Positions 55,620 to 64,000 of a stretch of 64,000 bases of DNA are shown one piece after another. The stretch spans positions 434,001 through 498,000 of the forward strand of contig OZ251244.1 in the NCBI GenBank assembly GCA_965240325.2, given 5' to 3'. A program made the translations under genes and the position numbers. Numbering within the stretch: position 1 is the stretch's first letter; each line of letters starts with the position of its first letter. The notes beneath the pieces were generated by a model. It made no database searches. It saw only the letters and a list, made by a program, of their open reading frames with translations, and was not told where the DNA came from. Origin of the DNA: Rebecca billardiae RCC1528. Taxonomy: Eukaryota > Protista > Haptophyta.

Positions 55620-55806
55620 CAAGGGACGTAGTTTCCGTGTGAAGCAAATTCGCTGTCGAATTTCGTCAGTCGCGTCGCTCGGCACGCACGGTCGTTGGCA
55701 GAGGTCAAAGTCAAGATCACGCCGCGTGTGCGAACACGCTCTTCGGATCACGCAGCCACGGACGCGCCCGCGACCGCCTCAAGCTCCAGCACACACGACG
55801 ACCACG

Positions 55807-58010
55807 ATGAGCACGGACGCGATTCTCGGGCAGACGATGGACGCGCAGGTTCGTCCGTACCTTGATCTGATCGACCGCATCCGCGGCGTCGGGATCGAGC
55901 GCGACTTCGAGATCCCCCAGATCGCCGTCATGGGCGACCAGTCGTCCGGCAAGTCGTCGGTCCTCGAGTCCATCAGCGGCGTGCCATTCCCTCGAGGGAC
56001 TGGCCTCGTGACGAAGTGCGCGACGGAGCTGCGCATGAAGACAGCAAGCAACGGTGCGGACTGGTCCGCGACCGCGCGCATCTCGTGGGACAAGTCGCAC
56101 CCGGGCCCGCGCACACTTCGTGACGCGCACGAGCTCGGCACCGTGATCGAAGAGTTCACGACCATCATGCTCGAGTCACGCGGCGATGGCGCGACATTCG
56201 AGGCCGAGCACAGCATCGTGATTGAGCTCGTCTCGCCCGACGTGCCCAACCTCACGCTCATCGACCTCCCTGGCATCGTGCGCACGAACGTTAGCGGTCA
56301 GGACAAGTCGGTGATGGCCTCGGTCAACGCGCTACTCGAGCGCTACTTGAAGAAGGAGCGCACGATCATCCTGGCGGTGATCCCGTGCAACGTGGACATC
56401 GCCACGGTCGACATCCTCGAGCGCGCCGTCGCCGTCGACCCCAAGGGCGTGCGCACCATCGGCGTGCTCACCAAGCCAGACCTGATCGACAAGGGCGGCG
56501 AGCAGGAGGTCGTGAGCGTGCTGCTGGGCGAGCGCAAGGCCCTCAACCTCGGCTACTACATGGTGAAGAACCGCTCGCAGAAGCAGCTTGCGGCGGAGAT
56601 GTCGCTCGCTGAGGCGCGCGGCGAGGAGCTCGCCTACTTCAGCGCCCACCCCGACTTTGGTGAGAGCACCCTGCAGCCACGGCTCGGCATCCAGAATCTG
56701 GTCACTGGGCTCACGCACATCCTCGTCGGCCACATCCAAGACTCGCTGCCGGGGATGCGCAAGGACCTGCTGGCGCAGCTCGAGAAGACGCGCGCGAGCC
56801 TGCACGAGCTCGGCGAGCCACTGCCGCACGGGCACGAGAGCCAGCGCATCAAGCTGACCGAGTGCGCACAGCAAGTCGCGAACGTGATCGGCGACGCGAC
56901 GAGCGGAGTGTACAGCAACCAGCTCTTCACGAGCGCGCCCGAGCTCCGCATGATTGCAAACATCCGCAAGCTCGACGGCCCGCACGAGACGTTCGCCGCG
57001 GCCATCAAGGCCAGCAAGCCGACGACGGAGTGGGCGGTGCCCACGCTGCGCGAGAAGATCGCGAGCATGCGCGGCCGCGAGGTGCACGGCATCCTCAACT
57101 GGGCGACATTCGACCTGATGATCCGCCAGACGGTGGAGGACTGGCGCCAGCCGATGCACGAGCTGCTCGACGACATTGTGCAGGTGGTGCAGACGGTCTG
57201 CGAGGGCGTCATCTCGTATATGGTGCCCGCGCTCAAGGCAGTGCAGGCGAAGATCACTGACGTCACGCTCGAGCTCATCAACCAGCGGGCGCAGGAGGTC
57301 CGCGCCAAAGTCATCCCGCAGCTCATCGAGAGCGAGCGCTCGGCCTTCACCAAGAACCCAGCTTTTTCAGAGGCGTACAACCGGATGCGGCTCGAGGAGT
57401 TTGAGAGGGCATTCGACAAGCACGCAGACGGTGGAAATGGCAGGGAAAATTTCATGAGCAAGGACAGGATGCTCGAGTGGTACTCAAAGGTGTGATGGAG
57501 CACATGTCGGACAGTCTGCTTGCGCGCGTGTGCAACGCTGCGAGTTAATTGTGTGACCCCACCACGCGTTCGTCACGCGCGGCTGCCTGCCACGCTTGTC
57601 AGGTGCACTCCATTGGCACTGATGCCAACGCCGAGCAGGAGGCCAAGGACATGCAGATGCTTCTTGAGGCGTACTGGCTGACGGCCACAGACCGCACCAT
57701 CGACTCCGTCTGCATGAGGCTCGACCAGCACGTCATCTCAGGGCTGGGCGAGGCGGTGCTTCTGCGCATGCTGCAGGTGGCAGGGCACCCGGAAGAGGCG
57801 CAAGATCTCTTTGTCGCGGACCATCGTGTCGAGCAAAAGCGCGCGCAGCTCAAGGCGAAGCTGCAGCGGCTGGAGGACGCGGGCAAGATCCTGTCCGGCA
57901 AGAACCAGGGGAGCAAGGAGGGGCCCAAGAACACGAAGCAGGAGGACGCGGGCAAGATCCTCTCCGACCAGCACCAGGGGAGCAAGGCGGGGTCCAAGAA
58001 AAAGAAGTAG
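55807..58010 (+). CDS. Mx-like dynamin-superfamily GTPase (exons 55807-57489, 57603-58010)
   Basis: VRPYLDLIDRIR..G, PQIAVMGDQSSGKSSVLE, FPRGTGLVTKC, LTLIDLPG, LTKPDLIDKG and MRGRE. The GED domain is in exon 2. Confidence 0.9.
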
Positions 58011-59407
58011 TAGCAGTACAAGGCGGCGGACCGGCCCGACCGATGAGCTGCGGGCGGCGGCTGTGAAGTGTGATGAGCAAGCAACGACGACGAGCAGCGC
58101 AGCAGCTGCCGAGCAAGGCCACTGAGGCGGGGCGATGAGCATATATCAGTGATGATGCTGCTGACGCGACGATATATATATATTGTTGCTGCTGCGCCGC
58201 GTGCGCTGCTGATATGATCTGCTAGTGCTGATGACGTGACGAGTCAGACTGGCTGCCGCGCACTAATCAACGACGACGACGCATGCAGCCGCCGCCGCCG
58301 GCGCCTGATGATAGCGTGTCCATCCGGTCCACTCCACTCCACTTCGGCGTCAGTGAGTCGTCAGCACCGCCGATCATCAGCAGTCCGCCGACTCCGCCGT
58401 AGCGAAGTCCGCGACGCCGCACTACTCTGCTTGCAGCACCGTAGCGCACTCATCATCGGATTAATATCTATCAGTCGCGTGACTACGATACTACAGGGTC
58501 TCCAACATTAAACTGGACACTTTGGGCAGCAGCTCAGCGTACGGCCTGTGGCTGCCTCGCGCGGGGTCAGGAGCGGCCAGCTCGGCTCGTGTGCACCCCA
58601 CTAGGTCTGTCTGCGACCGCGCATAGCCGGGCAGCCCGCGTGGAGCACCCCTCTGGGTCATGCGGACAGTCGGCACAAGGCTGGTCGTGAGGGCCGGGAA
58701 GCAGCCGTGTGGCTTCTGCGCATGTCTGTAGCCAGCAAGCCCGCTCAAGGCCGCGCAGATATTATTACGTGGCATGGTCGATGACTACTGTATGCGGCAT
58801 GCGCTCGACAGCCCTGGGCAAGCCCGGACGTAGCGCTACACCAGGAGTATATACGGCCCGATCGGACCAGCCTACCAGTTGCGCACCTCGCTTGCACAGC
58901 TGCTGCACAGCCCATCGATCGGCTCTGGCCGTGCAGGCAAGGGCTACAGTCGGCGCCACTACCCGCAGCGAACGCTGGAGACCCACCAGTGCGCGCACCA
59001 ACCCGCCCGCCGCCAAATGCAACCGTGCGCCAGATACGAATTTTAGCAGGCATGCCGGCCCGCGGGAGCCAACCGCTAGTCGGTTGAGCTGTACATCCAA
59101 GCCAGCCCTGGCCACACGCTGAGCGCGCCGCTCGCTGCACCCACACCCTGTCGTCATCCGAGGAGTAAGGACAAGGTCCATGGCGCTCATGTTCCGGCGG
59201 CCGGATGAGTGACGCGGCGGTTATTATTATTATCAGCACTCAGTAGTCAGGCGTACAGACAGTAGCTACGAGTCGACAGGAGACCGACTGTCCGAGTGAG
59301 CGTTACGACATCGTCACTGCTGCATCGCGCGCGCATCATCGGCCGCCATCGATCCGCCGACAGCGCGTCGGCAGCCTGCCGAGCTGCGACTGAGGCGTGC
59401 TCGGGCG

Positions 59408-61174
59408 TCAATCGAACGTGACCTTCTTGCCCGCAAACGCTTGGATCGAGCCCGCGTTGGACGCGCCGCGCTTTGCCGCCCACGACGGGTGCAGCTCCTC
59501 CGCCGACGGCTGCGATGTGCCGCCGCCGCCGCCGCCGCCGCGGGCGGGCGCGGCGCTCGCGGCAGGCCGCGGCGCGTGCGGCGCGGCCTTGCCCGCCCAC
59601 GGGGCGCGCGCCCCCTTGGGCGCGTCGCCGCGCGCCGGCTGCGCCGCAGGCCTGTGCGCACCTCTCGGCGCGTCCGCCGCACGGCCGAGCGGCCGCGCCC
59701 CCGGCGCGCCCTTTGGCGGCGGGCGCGCCGGCCCGAGCGCGGTCGGCGCGGACGGGTCCAGCCGAGGCTTCTTCAGCCGCGGCTGCACCGCTGGCTGTCC
59801 CGCCAGCAGGTGGCGCGCCTGCTTGCCGTACTTGCGCTGCGCGAGCTGCCTACGCGCGCGCTGGCCCAGCCTGTTCGAGCGCTTGGGCTGCTCGAGCGCG
59901 CCGCGACCGCCCTCGCCCTCGCTGTCCGAGTCGTCGTCCTCGCTCGACGCCGCGCCGCCAGCCGCGCCGGCGGCACCGCCCGCACTGCCGGCGGCGCGCG
60001 CGCGCGCGTGCGCGAGCAACGCCCGCCGGCGCGCGGCGAGCGCGGAAGCGTCGGGCTCGTCCTCGTCGCTACTCTCCCCCGACCCCTGCGCCTCGCCCTG
60101 CTGGTCGAGGTCGTCACGTGCGCGCCTGCCGAGAGGCGCACGCGCCGGCTCTGCGCGCGCGCGCTCGCGCGCGCGCGGCCGCGCGGCCGCGCCGGCTCGG
60201 CGCGTCGCAGCGGCCGCGGCAAGCGAGCTGACGAAGAGGCCGTCGTCATCGTCAGGGGCGGCGGCAGCGGCGGCGCCTTTGCGACTCGCCAGGGCAGCGC
60301 GCGGGGCGTGCCGCTGGCGAGGCGGCGGAGGATGGTCCTCGCCGCCGTCCGAGCTGTCTCCCTCCTCGCCGCTCTCGTCCGACCCGTCGTCGTCGTCCTC
60401 GTCGTCGTCCTCGTCCGTCGACCCGTCGCCATCGCCAACCCCGCGGCTCTCCTCCTCCGAATCCGCCGCCTCGTCCTCTTCGCTGCTCGGCCGAGCTCCC
60501 GCACGCGCGCGCGCAGGTGGCTCGCCCTGCCCCGCGCGCACGCCTGCCGAAGCCCGCTGCGCCCCTTCGCTCGCGCCGCCACCGCCGCCGCCGGCAGCGC
60601 CGGCGCGGCCCGCGCGCGCCTTGCCCGCCACAGCCGCCAGCGCATCGAGCTGCGAGCGGACTGCGCTCGCCGCGAGCACGGAACCCGCGAGCGCGCGCGT
60701 GTCCGCGCCCATCTCACCCTCGCCGGCCCCGTCGGCGCTCACGCCCGCCTCGGCCACCGCCTCCTCCAGCTGCGCGGCGCGGAGCGCGCGCGCCACGAGG
60801 ACCTCCACGCTGAGCTTCTTGAGCGCGTCGACGCGCGCGGCGCCCTTGGCGCGGGCGGGCTCCGGTGCCTGCTTGAGCCGGCGCACGACCTTGCGCAGCT
60901 CGAACGCCTTCGCCTTCTTCACCGCATGCCGCAGCTGCTTCACGCCGTGGTGCAGCTTGCGCCGGCGCCGCGTGGCGAGCAGCTGCTCGAGCGCGCTCGC
61001 CGCCTGCGCGTCGGCGGCCGGGGCGGCGGGCGCGCGGCCCGCGCGCGTCGACTTGCGTGCCTTCTGCCGTAGGTACCGGGCGACGCCCAGCTGCGGCCGC
61101 TTGCCGCTCTTCGCTTGGAGCATCGCGATGCGCATGTCCAGGTTGCCGCCATGGCCGCCTTGTCGACGCGCCAT
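59408..61174 (-). CDS. SRFBP1: BUD22/SRFBP1-like nucleolar protein
   Basis: KKAKAFELRKVVRRLK, NRLGQRARRQLAQRKYG, ELHPSWAAKR and C-terminal FAGKKVTFD. Confidence 0.85.
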   Translation of the reverse strand: MARRQGGHGGNLDMRIAMLQAKSGKRPQLGVARYLRQKARKSTRAGRAPAAPAADAQAASALEQLLATRRRRKLHHGVKQLRHAVKKAKAFELRKVVRRLKQAPEPARAKGAARVDALKKLSVEVLVARALRAAQLEEAVAEAGVSADGAGEGEMGADTRALAGSVLAASAVRSQLDALAAVAGKARAGRAGAAGGGGGGASEGAQRASAGVRAGQGEPPARARAGARPSSEEDEAADSEEESRGVGDGDGSTDEDDDEDDDDGSDESGEEGDSSDGGEDHPPPPRQRHAPRAALASRKGAAAAAAPDDDDGLFVSSLAAAAATRRAGAAARPRARERARAEPARAPLGRRARDDLDQQGEAQGSGESSDEDEPDASALAARRRALLAHARARAAGSAGGAAGAAGGAASSEDDDSDSEGEGGRGALEQPKRSNRLGQRARRQLAQRKYGKQARHLLAGQPAVQPRLKKPRLDPSAPTALGPARPPPKGAPGARPLGRAADAPRGAHRPAAQPARGDAPKGARAPWAGKAAPHAPRPAASAAPARGGGGGGGTSQPSAEELHPSWAAKRGASNAGSIQAFAGKKVTFD

Positions 61175-61574
61175 GCTGGGGCCACGCGCCGGGTCGCGAA
61201 CGACGGCAAGCCGGCAGGGCGCAGAACCTTCCGAACCTTCGTCCCAGTGAGTGTACCACGATGTCGCCCAAGTCTCGTCACCGCCGTGGCGGACGCGCGT
61301 GGACTTTATTGATGTCTTGCCAGACGCGGACACTGTCAGCCTCGCAGCCGGCGCGGGCCGCCTCGAGTCTCCTCTCCCCATCAGATCGCTGCTGATCGGG
61401 CATCGGCTGAGGGCTGACCCGACCGACGGCTGTCGGCTGACCCGCTGACCGGCCTCAGTCGTCGTCACTGAGCCACCCCACAGGATGACTCTGGCCATCG
61501 CTGCTTCGACGGCAGCGGCCGCCATTCGCCCGGCCCCCGGCCGGCCCGGCCGAGCCGTCGCCAGAGCGCGCGCG

Positions 61575-62643
61575 CTAGGACCGCGCGCGCTTCCCCGCGC
61601 CCGCCTGCCCGCGCCCGGCGCCGCGCCCGCCCTTCGCGCCCGGCTGCTGCGTCCTCTGCTGCAGCAGCGCGTCAGACTCATCGTCATCCAGCAGGAGCAT
61701 GGAGCGCTTCTTCGCCTCGCCGCCGTTGGCCGCGCTGCTCTTGGCGGCCTTCGCCGCCTCGGCGGAGGCGGCGGCGCGCGCCTTCGCCGCCGCGATCGCG
61801 GCGGCTGCGCGCGCGGCGTTCGTTGAGCTCGCGCCCCCGGGCGGGCCCGCCGCTGCCGCGCCGCGCCCCGCGCCCGCAGCGCCCGGGCGGGCGCCGCTTG
61901 GCGCTGTCAGCGGCGGCGCCGCGCCCGAGGACGGGCGCCCTGCGCCCGTGGCGAGCTTGGCGCTCGATGGCCCGTTCGTCGCTGCCGCCGCAGCCGCGCG
62001 CTGCTTCACCACCGGGTCCAGGTAGCCCTGCCGCAGGCGGAAGCCACGCTGTGTGTCCGCGGGTGCACCAGGTGCGGCCGCGGGCGCGGCAGCAGTCGGC
62101 ACCGCGGGCGCGGCGGGCGAGAGGAACGGCCACGAGGCGGGCTCGCGCACGCGCTCTCGCCTCGCGACCTCGAGCAGCTCGTCGAGCACCTCGCGCACCT
62201 CTGCGCCCATCGCCTCGAGCGCCGCGTCCGGCGCTAGACGCCCGTCGTCAGCCGCGAGCGCGCGCGCGAGGGCGGCGAGGACTCGCACTGACTCCTCCTC
62301 GTCCGCGGCCGCGGCCTCGGCGAGCGCGCTCAAGGCGGCGGTGCTCGCGGCGCAGACGCGCTTAGGCGCGTGCAGCGCCATCAGCAGCACCGCCTGCGCA
62401 CCGCGCGGGTCACGAGGCCCGAGGCTCAGCGCGCGCGCGCGCGTGCGCGCGCGATCGCGCGCACGCGAATGCATGCCCCCCGCGCGCGCACACCTGGCGC
62501 ACGTTCGGTGCGAGGTCCGGGAAGACGGTCGGGAGCTGCTCGAGCATCTCGGGCGTGAGCTGGTTCGCCGCCGCCGAAGACGACCATGGCTGCTGCAGGT
62601 GCGCCTCGAGCCACGCCTGCAGCGAGATATCCCCCGCCAGCAT
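61575..62643 (-). CDS. NELFA: Negative elongation factor A-like (exons 62643-62494, 62393-61575)
   Basis: WLEAHL..PWSSSAAANQLTPEML..FPDLAPNVRQ|AVLLMALHAPKR resembles the NELF-A N-terminus. GFRLR and KKRSMLLLD resemble the tentacle-region motifs. Confidence 0.65.
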
Positions 62644-62965
62644 GGCGCCGACTGCCGGCCGCGCGGGTGGGGTGGATCGCTCACGTCAGCTCGGCGGGTG
62701 GCGTCACGGTTGGAAGAGAACAATAGATCTACAATCCGTACTTACAGTACTATGACAGTACTGTAGTACTCGCAAGCTGAGCAAACCCATTGTCATTGGA
62801 TGCACTGTTGACCCGCCACGCGCCTCGCTACACGGCCCAGTGTGCTTCGGGTGGCCCGCATCGGGCGCATCGGGCGGCCGATGCAGGCACTGTCTGAGTG
62901 CGTGTGCATTACGGTCACAAGTTGGCCGTCCGCGCGGAGCGAGACGAGGTGTCGAGACTCGAGTG

Positions 62966-63121
62966 CAGCAACATGCGGATGGCGGGGATGCGATGTCTTT
63001 GTTGGTGGAGCGCCAAACTACGGCTCCAAAACCACTAGTGTCAGCAACATGCGGATGCCGGGATGCGATGCCCTTGTTGGTGCACGGAGCGCCAAACTAC
63101 GGCTCCAAAACCACTAGTGTC
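62966..63121 (+). repeat. Two tandem ~76-80-bp units ending in a hairpin plus CTAG
   Basis: CAGCAACATGCGGATG...GGAGCGCCAAACTACGGCTCCAAAACCACTAGTGT at 62966 and 63042. Confidence 0.85.
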
Positions 63122-63772
63122 TACTGACAAGCCGCTCGCGCGCCCGACAGAGCCAGAGGGCGCTCTGGCCCGCGACACCGGCGGTTGCCACTGTGGTTTG
63201 TGTCGGAGCTCGAGCCGCGACGACGACGACAGAAGGGACAGATAGCGGTATTAGCGTACGTACAGCAAGGGAGATCGCCTTGCTGTACGTCTACTGTAGC
63301 TACTGGCTCCACGCGGACGATTCGCACACGGATGACGGAGCCAGAGATGACGAGCGGGAGGCTCGAGAGGGCGTGTTCCGGATCCGGAAGCCGCCAACTT
63401 CTGGCGCTCCCCTCGCCCGGACTTTCGCTCAATAATTAATGACTTCGCTGCGCCAACGGTCTTCGCCTCGCTGCATTTCAAGCGGGCGCCGCGGCTGCAG
63501 CGGCGCACGCGAGCGCAGCGCCTCAGCGCACGGCTGCGCCTTGCCGCCTTCCGCCGCCAAGCCGCTCAACCCGCACGCAGCCTTCCCGCGCCCTTCGTAA
63601 GTCAGACACGGCGTCCGCGCGCGGCGCGCGAGCGCTGCGCTGCGCGCGCCCTGGGCGCAGCCTCGTGTGCGCACAATCGCGCCCGACGCTCGCGCCCGCT
63701 GACTCGCGCCCTCGCCTCGCGCGACCATCTCCGCGCTTCGTGCCGCTCGCGCAGGCCCCGCCGCCGATCGCA

Positions 63773-64000
63773 ATGCCCAAGGGTTCTGACATGCCGATCG
63801 ACCTCGACGCAGACCCGACCTGCCCGCCCAACTGGATCGGCGAGCTGCAGCAAGTCCTCTGGTGCCTCAAGTTCGCGCCGCGCAAAGCGCCCGGCGTCCA
63901 AGACACGATCTCGCAGCTCATCCGCGACCGCAAGCTCACGTGGAACGACGTGCTCGAGGACGGCAACGTGCTCTTCGAGATCGGCTGCAAGTACTGGTGC
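63773..64000 (+). CDS. 5' part of a hypothetical protein running off the window
   Basis: Open frame MPKGSDMPIDLDADPTCPPNWIGELQQVLWCLKF... with strong GC3 bias. Possible upstream intron from GTAAGT (~63597) to GCGCAG (~63754). Confidence 0.6.
   Translation, partial: MPKGSDMPIDLDADPTCPPNWIGELQQVLWCLKFAPRKAPGVQDTISQLIRDRKLTWNDVLEDGNVLFEIGCKYWC

Noticed and set aside
58492-58525. Mariner-like terminus TACAGGGTCTCCAACATTAAACTGGACAC
   Set aside because: It resembles the 21130 MITE end, but no partner TIR was found, so it was not called as an element.

Overview
This is very GC-rich eukaryotic nuclear DNA. Genes are compact, introns are short and (GC)n-rich (GTGCGC...GCGCAG), and spacers carry TA microsatellites. 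The style is most consistent with a haptophyte alga such as Pavlovales/Diacronema; that assignment is inference. About 23 protein-coding genes can be supported: an F-box-like/ankyrin protein, a scramblase, an NXPE/PC-esterase-like SGNH protein, a MAPKK-like pseudokinase, an ATRX-like SNF2 ATPase, two tandem GT25-like glycosyltransferases, an MFS transporter, AAGAB/p34, a sulfotransferase, a copper type II monooxygenase, a Cys-less pentameric ligand-gated channel, an IQ-BAG protein head-to-head with a class B DnaJ, a PQ-loop transporter, a bestrophin, a GT47 exostosin, an Mx-like dynamin, BUD22/SRFBP1, NELF-A and a few orphans. At least five non-autonomous DNA transposons are visible from their inverted repeats: two hAT-type MITEs with 8-bp TSDs, a Tc1/mariner-type MITE, a 2-kb TIR element, and a 4.7-kb element with ~850-bp TIRs. 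The most striking candidate novelty is the Cys-less pLGIC (39102-41066, minus strand). It has no signal peptide and is bracketed by two homologous RRM-like domains, one before the ligand-binding domain and one after M4. Other unusual architectures are AAGAB with three Siah-interacting-protein-like helical repeats and ATRX with a C-terminal FN3-like domain. All calls come from motif recognition by eye; no searches were run.
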